A stretch of 64,000 bases of DNA from Acidobacteriota bacterium (GTDB lineage: Bacteria > Acidobacteriota > Aminicenantia > Aminicenantales > Aminicenantaceae), in the NCBI GenBank assembly GCA_030669585.1, contig DAOVDI010000001.1:994-64993 (forward strand), given 5' to 3'. The notes under the pieces are model-generated. The model did not search any database. It was not told the origin of the DNA and was given only the letters and a program-made list of their open reading frames with translations. The position numbers and the translations under genes were made by a program. Each line of letters opens with the position of its first letter. Positions within the stretch are counted from its first letter, which is position 1. Of the stretch, positions 17,458 to 27,039 are shown piece by piece.

Positions 17458-18201
17458 TCACGCTGTTGTTTTTTGAGTAGACATCTTCACGTTCTTGCTC
17501 TTCTTTTTGCCAGTCTGGGTTAACTTTCCTATAACATGAGAGATGTCTTTCTTCTTTTTCTTAATAAGGTCTTCCCACCTTTGAATTCCCTGTTTAAGCC
17601 CCATTATACGCTCGTTCAGTTCTGTGATTTTGCTCTGCAGTAGTTCCAGCCGCTTTTTCGCTTCATCACGGGAAAGATCCGAAACTCCCCTGCTGATTGT
17701 AAGGAAATCACGAAACAGGTCTGAAGCCTCCTTGATTTGTTCCAGGGAATACCCGAAATTCTGAAGGTCCTTGATAAGATTGCATATATCGATATAGGCC
17801 CGTGAATACAGCCGGTAACCGCCAGGGCTTCGGCCTTCTGGTTGAATGATGCCCTTTTCCTCCCAATATTTAATGGTTCTGGTATTCAATTCCGCCTGAC
17901 CGGCCAGCTCTCCGACCGTAATGAACTCGGTCGCCTTCTCTTTCGCTTTTTTCCCGGCAATAGTTTCAGGAAGACCCACTTTCCGCACAATCTTCTGAAT
18001 GCTTTCAATGTCATATCCAAACTTTAGAAGCTGCTGAATATGTTTAGCCTCACGAATATTCGTATCCGTATAATAGGGAATCTGATCATCAATTTTTCCC
18101 GGGTGTCGAATTAGCCCCAACTTTTCCCAATCGTCCAGATCCTCGCTGGAGAGGGCAAGAAGCTCTATAAATTCCTTTTTATTATAGACATTTTTATTCA
18201 T
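17458..18201 (-). CDS. MerR-family transcriptional regulator with two tandem MerR-type HTH modules
   Basis: Two HTH_MerR-like segments (FIELLALSSEDLDDWEKLGLI and FITVGELAGQAELNTRTIKYWEEKGII) and a C-terminal coiled coil. Confidence 0.7.
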   Translation of the reverse strand: MNKNVYNKKEFIELLALSSEDLDDWEKLGLIRHPGKIDDQIPYYTDTNIREAKHIQQLLKFGYDIESIQKIVRKVGLPETIAGKKAKEKATEFITVGELAGQAELNTRTIKYWEEKGIIQPEGRSPGGYRLYSRAYIDICNLIKDLQNFGYSLEQIKEASDLFRDFLTISRGVSDLSRDEAKKRLELLQSKITELNERIMGLKQGIQRWEDLIKKKKKDISHVIGKLTQTGKKKSKNVKMSTQKTTA

Positions 18202-18233
18202 ATTTGCATCCGTTTACGTTTATGTTTTATCTT

Positions 18234-18260
18234 CCTATCAGTATACGTATAGGAATATAC
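18234..18260. promoter_or_regulatory. Palindrome CAGTATA-N11-TATACTG upstream of the MerR gene. Candidate operator.
   Basis: 7-bp inverted arms located 35-60 bp upstream of the merR-like start. Confidence 0.3.
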
Positions 18261-18437
18261 TGCCAGCTAATCAGCCTGTCAAGTATTTTTTTGCTGTTGT
18301 TAATGTCGGAGTTATTACAATCATTATCATCCTGGGTTTTGCTTATTGATATATAATGAGTTAGAATTTTGTGACAGGCTATTGATAATATAATATTTAG
18401 ACAAGTAAATTATAATTATATTCTATAATTTGTGACT

Positions 18438-19844
18438 TTATTTTCTGTCTTTTTTCTTAATTAATGTTAACTTTAATATTAAAAAGGATATACATGAAAC
18501 AACCACACCAAATACACTGGGTTGAATTATTTCTTTATATTGCGTATTCATATATCCAATAGTTGTAGTGGTAGAAATGAGCATTGTTATAAAAATTATA
18601 TTGTTTAATGCTTTTGATTTTTGTTTCGAAAAGATACCAAAAAGCACAGGTAAAATAATACCTGGAGCCCAAAGATTATAAGTTAAAAGAAGTAAATCAA
18701 TTATATTAGGTAATATAAGCGCTAAAACTATTCCCAACCCACCTAAGCAAACTGAACTTATACGTGCAATTAAAAGACCTTTTTGTTTATTAGTATTTGA
18801 TTTAGAAATATATTGTTCGTAGAAATCTTTAACAAAGATTGCTGTAGATGAGTTTAATATTGAATCAGCAGATGACATAACTGCACTCATTAAAGCAGCG
18901 ATTATTAAACCACCTACATAAGGATTATTCAATTTTAGTATAGTTTTTGGCAATGCCATTTCCGAATCGATATTGGGAAAATGCAGCCGGGCATAAAGAG
19001 CAATAAAAAATAATACTATGGGAAATGTTAATGCCAAAAAGACACCAGCACCAACAATACCCTGCTTTGTTTCTTTTATATTTTTGGCAACGCAATATCT
19101 GGTCGCATAACTCGGTGCAAACGTTTCTCCTAATAAAAAAGCTATGAAAGTTGTCACTAAAAAAAGCCACCCTTTTCCACCTTCCAATTGAAAAAATTCA
19201 GTAGGAACAGCAACAGAAATTTGATCAGCCTGCGTTAATAAATCAGGTACACAAAGAATTAAAGTAACCGCAAAACCAAGAAGCAAGATAACAAATTGAT
19301 AAACATCGGTATGAATAACAGCTAATAGCCCGCCAGCAGTACTGTATAAAATCACTATGCCACCGCCAATAATAACAGCCCAAAAGTAAGGTAACTGGGG
19401 AATCATTGTCGTGATGATTTTCCCGAAAGCCACCATTTGCGCTCCTAAAATACCGATAGAAAATAAAAGCGATAATATAAAAGCCACAAATCGACTTTTT
19501 ACACCAAATCGAAAACCAAAATATCCAGCAACAGTATACAGTTTTGCTTCACGAAAACGGGGAGCTACAAATAAACCAGAAAATATAAAATGAATATACC
19601 AGCCAGAAGAAACCGCTAACATCAGGATTCCCCACTCATAAGTTCTGCCAATAGCACCAATTGAAGCGCCACCGCCAATGACTGTTGCCCCCATTGTACA
19701 AAGCAAAAAAAACCAGCCAATATTACGTCCTGCAACTAAAAAGTCGTCACTATCGTTAATTTCTTTTGAGCGACGGATTCCTTTCGTAACAATAAATATA
19801 AAATAGACGACAATAATTATATATTGAATCCAGGGATTTTCCAT
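18438..19844 (-). CDS. Sodium:solute symporter family transporter
   Basis: 468 aa, multi-TM, SSF-like motifs. AT-rich compared with its flanks. Confidence 0.75.
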   Translation of the reverse strand: MENPWIQYIIIVVYFIFIVTKGIRRSKEINDSDDFLVAGRNIGWFFLLCTMGATVIGGGASIGAIGRTYEWGILMLAVSSGWYIHFIFSGLFVAPRFREAKLYTVAGYFGFRFGVKSRFVAFILSLLFSIGILGAQMVAFGKIITTMIPQLPYFWAVIIGGGIVILYSTAGGLLAVIHTDVYQFVILLLGFAVTLILCVPDLLTQADQISVAVPTEFFQLEGGKGWLFLVTTFIAFLLGETFAPSYATRYCVAKNIKETKQGIVGAGVFLALTFPIVLFFIALYARLHFPNIDSEMALPKTILKLNNPYVGGLIIAALMSAVMSSADSILNSSTAIFVKDFYEQYISKSNTNKQKGLLIARISSVCLGGLGIVLALILPNIIDLLLLTYNLWAPGIILPVLFGIFSKQKSKALNNIIFITMLISTTTTIGYMNTQYKEIIQPSVFGVVVSCISFLILKLTLIKKKDRK

Positions 19845-20917
19845 TACAAGACATTCCAGAGCCCAAAAATATCTTTAAGATGATCACCAAAATCAAGAAT
19901 TGCCATCTGTGCTGGTTCTGCTCTGATGATATCTAAATCTTGAGTTTTAATATGATAGGAATTTTGAATTTCCCAATTGTTATTGATTAATTGATCTATA
20001 TGCTTAAAACTGTACCAGTGCGATTTATAATTTGAATATGTATTGATATCACCAATTTCAATAGTTTGTTCTGTTTTATCAGGGTCTCTTTCCAATACAT
20101 GATCTTTTTCTATCAAATTATCATGCATATCAAAAACATCGACGATTAGCTTATTATCTTTGCTGTGTGCGAGTTTATATTGTTTGGGAATTTGTTTGAA
20201 TTGAGATGAAGCATAAGTGTCGGATTGCATCCAAATAGGTTGCCCTGAAACATCCATTGTCGATTCATACTGTCCTAACCCATAACTTTCAATATATTCT
20301 TGTTGATAACAGGAAATTATGGCAATTCCTTTAGCCGATTCAACAGCCCTGCGCATGGATTTAAACAATTCATTTGCCCCTTCAAAACCCTGCATTACAC
20401 CTATAGAATTCACTAAACAAATTGCAATAGGTAAAATATCATCTGGTTGCTCTCCTAACTCAAATGCAGAACCTTGTTCAAATGTAAGTGCGATTTTAAG
20501 ATGATTTTTCAAACCAACTTTTTGCAATTTATCTTTTGCCAGATCAATCATGTTTTGAGAAAAATCGATTCCCCATACTTCTCTAAGACTTGTCGCTATA
20601 ACTGGATCGTAAGCAAGCTTTGGAGAATTCATTTTTAATGAAACTAAAGGATGTGATTGAGCGAGTTCAGCTATACTTTTTGTTTTAGCGCCATATCGTA
20701 TATGCAAACGGCCCGAACCACAGCCTATATCCATCAACTTTATGGTACGTTTTTGTTTTGCAGACAAATAGTGAAGGACACGATCTAAAAAATCTTCTTC
20801 AAATTCTTCAAAAGCTAAAATGTCGGGATGTCCCCCGACAATTTGGCGTTCATAAGTTTCTGCACATTCATCCCATGTTTGTTTATCTGTTTCATATTTC
20901 TTTTGTAAAGAATCCAT
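19844..20917 (-). CDS. Class I SAM-dependent methyltransferase
   Basis: Motif I LMDIGCGSGRL. AT-rich. Confidence 0.7.
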   Translation of the reverse strand: MDSLQKKYETDKQTWDECAETYERQIVGGHPDILAFEEFEEDFLDRVLHYLSAKQKRTIKLMDIGCGSGRLHIRYGAKTKSIAELAQSHPLVSLKMNSPKLAYDPVIATSLREVWGIDFSQNMIDLAKDKLQKVGLKNHLKIALTFEQGSAFELGEQPDDILPIAICLVNSIGVMQGFEGANELFKSMRRAVESAKGIAIISCYQQEYIESYGLGQYESTMDVSGQPIWMQSDTYASSQFKQIPKQYKLAHSKDNKLIVDVFDMHDNLIEKDHVLERDPDKTEQTIEIGDINTYSNYKSHWYSFKHIDQLINNNWEIQNSYHIKTQDLDIIRAEPAQMAILDFGDHLKDIFGLWNVL

Positions 20918-20920
20918 AAA

Positions 20921-22585
20921 TTATTTCACTCCTTTCAAAAAACGCATTTCAATATAATTATCGTTAAATCCCAATTTTTTATAGAGTTTTATAGAAGGAT
21001 TTGTCTTTTCCAAGTGTAATTTAACATCTCCATCAGCACAGTCAATCGCTTCTCGAATCAACCGACTGCCCAATCCTTTCCCCCGATAATTTTGATGAAC
21101 ACAAACATAAACAATTAAATTTTCAGGTATAATACCGACTTTATTGAGTTGTATACAAACAATAACGCCAAGAAGCTTTTTATCAATTGTGGCTAATAAA
21201 ATAAAACCTTTACCGCCTGGATGAGCAGACAAAGCATATTCAACAGCAGTAGAAATAACATCTTTTGGGTCATCGAATGGCATAAGATGCGTTTGTAAAA
21301 AATTTACAATATCATAAAGGTTCATCCATTCAGGCAGTTCATTTTCTGTTTGAAAATATCGAATGTGAATATCATCTGTTTTTTCTTGTTCAATAACAAT
21401 TTCTGATGTAACATCCTGTTCGTCAATTTGATAATTTCTGGCGATGCTATTACCAAAACGCATCATTAATTCTGCAGCAATGGTATCTGATTTTTCAGCC
21501 AGTTCATTTATGTCGATTTCTTGTTTTCCTTGTCGACCAATTATTAGTACTTCATCCCCGATTTTAGTATCTTTGATTTCAGTGATATCCACTGTTGATG
21601 AATTCATCGATATGGCGCCAATAAATGGTGCTTTTTTTTCATGAACAATAACATAGCCACCGTTCAATAGTTTACGATCTAAACCGTGATTATATCCTAT
21701 GGGAATTGTGCCAATTATTAAATCTCGTTCTGTTTGTTCTTTGGAACGGTAACCAATTTTGCTTCCTTTTGGCAATTGTCGAATTTGTACAATTTCTGTT
21801 TTTAAGCTCATGACAGGTTTTAATTGATTTAGTTTTGTTTTTATTTTGTATTGCTCTGGAGGAAGGACACCATATAATAATATCCCCAGGCGGACACCGG
21901 CGGCAACAGTTTCAGGATGAGCTAAAAAAGTAGAGCTGTTTGCAAAATGCAAATAATAAGGGGCAACATCTTCTAATTTTAATTTTTCATAAATTTTTTT
22001 TAAATGTTTAAATGACTCAAGAGCGCTGGTGGAATCACGGGATTGTCCAAACAATCCATCTAATTCAATATGTGTTTTAGATATTGCTTCTTTTGCAATT
22101 TTATGTACTTTGGATGGCGCGACTCCCAAACGATTTAATCCAATATTTACATTTAAATGAATTCGGCAAATTTTTCCCATTAATTGAGCAGCATCTTCTA
22201 ACGGCTGTAAAATGGATTCATTAATGACAGAAACACTTAAACTATGCCGTACAGATAATTCTGCCATCCAGGTAGGGATTGGATTCATTAATAATATTTC
22301 ACCTGTAATGCCTTCGTTACGGAGCCGAATTCCTTCCTGTGGAGATTCAACTGCATAATGCATACAACCTGATTCGGAAAGGACTTTCCCAATTTCTTTT
22401 AGACCATGCCCGTAGGCATCGGATTTTATGACAGCATAAAATAGCACTCCTGGAGGAAGTTGTGATTTTAAATATCGATAATTAAATTTTAAAGCTTCAA
22501 GATCAATGTTTAGTTTATTCCAGGGGTCTTCGTACTCTCTTTGTACCAATGGTGGTGAAAGGCTATCTTTATCTTTATTATTCAC
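20921..22585 (-). CDS. Alanine racemase-like PLP enzyme fused to a C-terminal GNAT N-acetyltransferase
   Basis: PLP-lysine motif AVIKSDAYGHG at the N-terminus. GNAT motif (HQNYRGKGLGSRLI) in the C-terminal 150 aa. Confidence 0.7.
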   Translation of the reverse strand: MNNKDKDSLSPPLVQREYEDPWNKLNIDLEALKFNYRYLKSQLPPGVLFYAVIKSDAYGHGLKEIGKVLSESGCMHYAVESPQEGIRLRNEGITGEILLMNPIPTWMAELSVRHSLSVSVINESILQPLEDAAQLMGKICRIHLNVNIGLNRLGVAPSKVHKIAKEAISKTHIELDGLFGQSRDSTSALESFKHLKKIYEKLKLEDVAPYYLHFANSSTFLAHPETVAAGVRLGILLYGVLPPEQYKIKTKLNQLKPVMSLKTEIVQIRQLPKGSKIGYRSKEQTERDLIIGTIPIGYNHGLDRKLLNGGYVIVHEKKAPFIGAISMNSSTVDITEIKDTKIGDEVLIIGRQGKQEIDINELAEKSDTIAAELMMRFGNSIARNYQIDEQDVTSEIVIEQEKTDDIHIRYFQTENELPEWMNLYDIVNFLQTHLMPFDDPKDVISTAVEYALSAHPGGKGFILLATIDKKLLGVIVCIQLNKVGIIPENLIVYVCVHQNYRGKGLGSRLIREAIDCADGDVKLHLEKTNPSIKLYKKLGFNDNYIEMRFLKGVK

Positions 22586-22789
22586 TATTTTTTTCCTGTA
22601 ATTTATTCACTGATTTGTCAGTACACAGCTACCCGTTTGCCATGACACGCGAGGGATGACGCGTTCGGCGCGCTATTCCTGGTCGCTGTCGATGGCTTTG
22701 GTCGGCGTCACTAGCACATTCCTTGCTTGAACTCCCCCCATAGTCTGGACAGGAAACAGGCTTTTTTAAGGTGCATTCTGTGCCTGTTT

Positions 22790-23130
22790 ATAATGTTTTC
22801 ATATTATCCCCATGTTTGTCAAAAAAACAAAGCTCTGAGAGCCTTTATAAGCTGCGATCTCAATTCCGTCCATGCTGACATCAATATTTCTTTCTTCCAG
22901 AACCTCAATAAATTGTTCTCTCGTGTACTGAGATCCTTGAACCGAGTTGAATATCTCCGGTCTGGATACGGACAGCGCTTTCTTCAGGGCATCGACGCAG
23001 AAGCCTTTTTCCACTTGCCGACCTGATTGGGATGAACCCCAAACTCACTGGACAGTTGGGCTATGGTCTTTTCTCCCCGGACCGCTTCGAGCGCCACCGT
23101 GGCTCGGAATTATTCATCACAATTTTTTCT
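22790..23130 (-). mobile_element. IS3-family insertion sequence remnant. An OrfA HTH fragment is joined to an OrfB integrase-core fragment with an internal stop and frameshift.
   Basis: Reverse-strand translation gives ...[35 protein letters not shown]..., then in another frame ...FNSVQGSQYTREQFIEVLEERNIDVSMDGIEIA.... There are no intact ORFs. Confidence 0.7.
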
Positions 23131-23326
23131 CATGCTGCCTACCATTGTACCATACCTCATTTAAGGCTAATGGCAGGCCAAAATCCACCTTAATGCCTTG
23201 TCCACTTTCTGGGGAGTAGTTCAATGTGATTTATGTTCAGAATTATAGGAATTTCCCTCCTCTCTAGCGCTTGACAATCCTTTTTTGCAGAATTATGCTT
23301 TTTTCTGTAGTTGACTCTAAAGCAAG

Positions 23327-24094
23327 ATGATAAAAACTGTAGTCATTGTGACCATGCCCCGCAGCGGTTCCTCCCTTCTTGCCGGTATCCTTCAATGTTT
23401 AGGAGTATGGATGGGAAAGGAAGAGGACTTAAGGGTGGGGAATCATCTCAATAAGTACGGTTGTTATGAGAACCAGGACTTTATCGCCCTTAGTGAAAAC
23501 ATGCTTTTTAATGCGAAAAAAATGCCTGACCATTCACGGCGTTTTGATGAGGATGATGAAATTATGGAGCATGTGGTTAAAAAAATCGGGGACAAAATCA
23601 AGAAAGTGATCAAGGAGAGCGAGCGCGAACTGTGGGGATTCAAGAATCCCACCATCATTTACACCCTGCCCTATTTTCATCAGTATTTGACCAATCCTTA
23701 TTACATCCGCCTCAACCGGGACCTGGACAGTATTGCCCGCTCCTTCCTGAAGACCGCTAGACCGCGGAATTGGTTACCCGAGATTAGACATGAGTTCTCT
23801 TACTTCACGGTATACGACCGAATAAAGATTATTTTTAGGTTCCTAAAAGCATACATGAAAAAGGGAAATATTTTACGAAACTACGACTTTCAAAAAAAGA
23901 TAGCCGAAGATGGATACAAGCGTATCGATAGATTCCTCAAAGGCAAAAGGCATCTAACCATCGATCTGGAGGACCTTCTCCACAATTCCCAAAAGATGAT
24001 TCAGGAGATCATCGCTTTTTTAGAGATTTCCCCAAAGCCTGGACAGATACAGGATGCCCTGGGTTTTATCCATCAGGGTCTGATATCTTTTTAA
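23327..24094 (+). CDS. Sulfotransferase family protein, PAPS-dependent
   Basis: 5'-PSB-like motif TMPRSGSSLL at the N-terminus. Confidence 0.65.
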   Translation: MIKTVVIVTMPRSGSSLLAGILQCLGVWMGKEEDLRVGNHLNKYGCYENQDFIALSENMLFNAKKMPDHSRRFDEDDEIMEHVVKKIGDKIKKVIKESERELWGFKNPTIIYTLPYFHQYLTNPYYIRLNRDLDSIARSFLKTARPRNWLPEIRHEFSYFTVYDRIKIIFRFLKAYMKKGNILRNYDFQKKIAEDGYKRIDRFLKGKRHLTIDLEDLLHNSQKMIQEIIAFLEISPKPGQIQDALGFIHQGLISF

Positions 24095-24149
24095 CAGCTT
24101 GGTCCATATCTTTAGTATTTGGATTTTGTATATAAGACCAGAAAGCGAA

Positions 24150-24845
24150 ATGAAAAAAAACACATTTCAGATTTCAGACAAGAGAACCTTTCTTGTTTTT
24201 GGTAGTGTGCTGTTTGGAATTGAACTGGTTATTTTCGTCTTATTGCTCCTCCTTGATTCCACTCTTGCTGTGAGGATTCTCTCTATGATATCAGCCAATC
24301 ATCTGGGCGGGAGGATGGCGTTCATAGGAGTGGGTTTTGAATTCGGCCTTCCTTCATCCCTTATCATTTTCGTCATTCTTTTGTACAACACCACCTATCT
24401 TCTCATCTTGAATTTTCTCATGGTCTATTTTCAGGAGAAAATACAAAAAGTCAAATTCATCCATCGATACATTGAATCTTTGAAGGAAATAGCGGAAATG
24501 AGAGCACAGTCCATGAAGAAGTGGCGCTGGATAGGCATTATAGTGTTTGTCTGGTTACCTCTCCCCATGACCGGAGCTGTGATGGGGTCCATTATAGCCT
24601 ACATAGAAAGATACAACATAAGGAATACGCTTCTTATGGTGATCCCTTCTATGTGGCTTGGAGTCGTTAGCTGGACCCTGTGGTTTGATGAGCTTTATAC
24701 CTTCACCGATCAATTCGGGAAAGGCAAAACCCTTATCCTCACTTTGTCTCTTATACTCCTTCCTCTCCTTTATTATTTACTCAATATAATAAAGAAAGCA
24801 ATGAAAATGAGAGGAAGGGAGGAAAAAGACTATGGTGATAAATAA
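24150..24845 (+). CDS. Hypothetical polytopic membrane protein. The ORF track begins it at a TTG at 24099. The ATG at 24150 is the more likely start.
   Basis: About six predicted TM helices. The translation begins MKKNTFQISDKR. Confidence 0.5.
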   Translation: MKKNTFQISDKRTFLVFGSVLFGIELVIFVLLLLLDSTLAVRILSMISANHLGGRMAFIGVGFEFGLPSSLIIFVILLYNTTYLLILNFLMVYFQEKIQKVKFIHRYIESLKEIAEMRAQSMKKWRWIGIIVFVWLPLPMTGAVMGSIIAYIERYNIRNTLLMVIPSMWLGVVSWTLWFDELYTFTDQFGKGKTLILTLSLILLPLLYYLLNIIKKAMKMRGREEKDYGDK

Positions 24846-26104
24846 TCCAATATATATTCGATCACCTCTTCGGCCCTCAAAGGCTCAAAACACCTGACTT
24901 TTCGGCAGTTTATAAACAGCTTATCCAGGCAGGTCAGATTCTTACAGGGAGGATTGCCTTCGAATATCTTTGACGGGGCCTCCTGGCAGGCTGCTAGGTA
25001 CTCCTCCGAAAAGCTGTCATAGCCGTAGATTCTTGCGCTCGTGGCCCCGAATATTCCCACAATAGCGGTGGAATTTTTAAACTGGTAGTCGGATTTCAGT
25101 AGAATTTTTTCCGCTGCGGCGATATGCATGGGAGCTGTATCACCGGTAATAACTATTTCAGATTGGTCGATCAGTCCGGAGAAGACATCAAGGGGAATAT
25201 CCTTTTGGAGAATGACTATCCTTCTTCTCAAATGGAGCGTGAGGGCTTCCATAAGCTTTATTTCTATATCTTTGAAGACAAACCCGCAGTTGAGAAGGAT
25301 GGTAGTGTTTGGACAGGAGAGAATTCCTTTTAGCAGTTTCAATTGGTATTCAAAGGGTATCAGGGTGAAACGGGAACCGGTATCCGGATTGTAAAAAATC
25401 TTTCTCGAGCGGGAATTCAGGTTCAATTTGTCCATAGTCGTCTGTATTTCTTCCCAGACCTGTGGTTCAAAATAGAGTCGGAGACAGGAATTCAAGGCTG
25501 TGGTCTGAGCTTCAATTCTGGATCTGGTAGGGATTTCTCTGGCCAATTCTTGCGCATATTTTACAAGTTGGTAGACCAAGTGGGCTTTCTGGTTTCTACA
25601 TGTATAGGCCCGAACGATATTCCCTATCAACCTTAGTGGATAGATGACCGGAGTACGAATACCCTTGAATATGGTCTTGGGCAGGTAAGGGCAAAAATTG
25701 ACAATAAGATCAAATTTATTCTCTTTGACGAGGCTGTTCAAATTTGCAGCATCCCTTCTTGAAGGATAACCGAGATTCCCAAAAAGTGGAAAATGTCTGT
25801 CAATATTTGGATTGGCTTTGATTAAGGGATACGCCTTGCGCTGGTAGACATAGCTGACTTCAACGTCAGGAAAGAAATTTTTAAAGGCAGGGATGAAGAC
25901 CTGAGTCATAATCGCATCACCGATATTGATATCGGGAACAATTAGGACTTTTTTCAAATGCGTTATTCGGCTGAGACGTTTTTTTTCCAGGATTTTTAAT
26001 AATCCACTGAACTGACGGCTGCAGAACAGGCCTTTCGCTATCCATTCTATAAGAGGTTTAGAAATTCGGGAAATTGGTCTGCTCAGGTGTTTTACGCTCT
26101 TCAT
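24830..26104 (-). CDS. Glycosyltransferase family 9 (heptosyltransferase-like)
   Basis: GT9-like N-terminal region KKVLIVPDINIGDAIMTQVFIPAFKNFFPDVEVSYV. Confidence 0.65.
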   Translation of the reverse strand: MKSVKHLSRPISRISKPLIEWIAKGLFCSRQFSGLLKILEKKRLSRITHLKKVLIVPDINIGDAIMTQVFIPAFKNFFPDVEVSYVYQRKAYPLIKANPNIDRHFPLFGNLGYPSRRDAANLNSLVKENKFDLIVNFCPYLPKTIFKGIRTPVIYPLRLIGNIVRAYTCRNQKAHLVYQLVKYAQELAREIPTRSRIEAQTTALNSCLRLYFEPQVWEEIQTTMDKLNLNSRSRKIFYNPDTGSRFTLIPFEYQLKLLKGILSCPNTTILLNCGFVFKDIEIKLMEALTLHLRRRIVILQKDIPLDVFSGLIDQSEIVITGDTAPMHIAAAEKILLKSDYQFKNSTAIVGIFGATSARIYGYDSFSEEYLAACQEAPSKIFEGNPPCKNLTCLDKLFINCRKVRCFEPLRAEEVIEYILDYLSP

Positions 26105-26276
26105 GATGGATGCTGAGTGTTTCCACGGAATTTTTCGAACCTATATATATGCATATCATATTGACTGATGGAGTTCAAGCGGGCACTTGCTTTCCCCTTA
26201 TAAGGACATGACAGACATTATTCATTTTTGTCTGGCGAAAAAGACGAGGGGATAGGAGAGGTTGAGAAGATGCTCA

Positions 26277-26325
26277 AAGCACTTATTAAGTCGTTAGAAA
26301 GAAAAGCACTTGAACCCTTTGCATC
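26277..26325. repeat. Fragment of the mosaic repeat family, GCACTTATTAAGTCGTTAGAAAGAAAAGCACTTGAACCCTTTGCATC
   Basis: Near-identical to 2075-2125. Confidence 0.8.
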
Positions 26326-26376
26326 TTATTCTTTACGGCAGAAGAACGATATGCTATAAATATCAAGGACTAAAAA

Positions 26377-27021
26377 ATGAACATTCAAACCGGTATAATC
26401 TATATATTCGCACTGCTTCTTGCCATCACTGTTCACGAATCGGCCCACGCCTGGGCAGCCTTTAAACTGGGCGACCCGACAGCCTATTCCATGGGGAGGG
26501 TCACTCTTAACCCTATCCCCCATATTGACCTGATGGGAACGATCCTTCTTCCTCTTATAATGATCGTTATGGGAGGACCCCCTTTCGGCTGGGCCAAGCC
26601 TGTACCTGTTAATCCCCTTAACTTGAGAAACCCAAAACGAGACAACCTGATCATATCAGCGGCAGGTCCGCTTTCCAATATCGCACTCGCCATAGGTTGT
26701 ATTATCCTCCTCAAGATCCTCTATCTCATTCTCCCCTCTTCCCTGCCGCAATCCAGCCCTGCCCTCCCCGTGATCAGAGCCGTTTTTACCGTCATACACG
26801 CCTTGATCGTGATAAACGTCATACTGGCTGTGTTTAATATGATCCCCATTCCTCCACTGGACGGCAGCGGTGTTCTCATGGGATTCCTCTCACCGGAAGC
26901 CACCCGAAAATATGAGCAGCTTCAGCCCTATGGGTTTTTTATCATAATAATACTGCTCATGACCGGCATCATTGGGCGTATTTTGGGAGTTATAATGGGA
27001 TTGGTCAATTTATTAATCTAG
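26377..27021 (+). CDS. Site-2 protease family (M50) membrane metallopeptidase
   Basis: HExxH (HESAHAW) within a TM helix. A polytopic protein. Confidence 0.75.
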   Translation: MNIQTGIIYIFALLLAITVHESAHAWAAFKLGDPTAYSMGRVTLNPIPHIDLMGTILLPLIMIVMGGPPFGWAKPVPVNPLNLRNPKRDNLIISAAGPLSNIALAIGCIILLKILYLILPSSLPQSSPALPVIRAVFTVIHALIVINVILAVFNMIPIPPLDGSGVLMGFLSPEATRKYEQLQPYGFFIIIILLMTGIIGRILGVIMGLVNLLI

Positions 27022-27039
27022 AGTGGGTTAAGAATTAAC

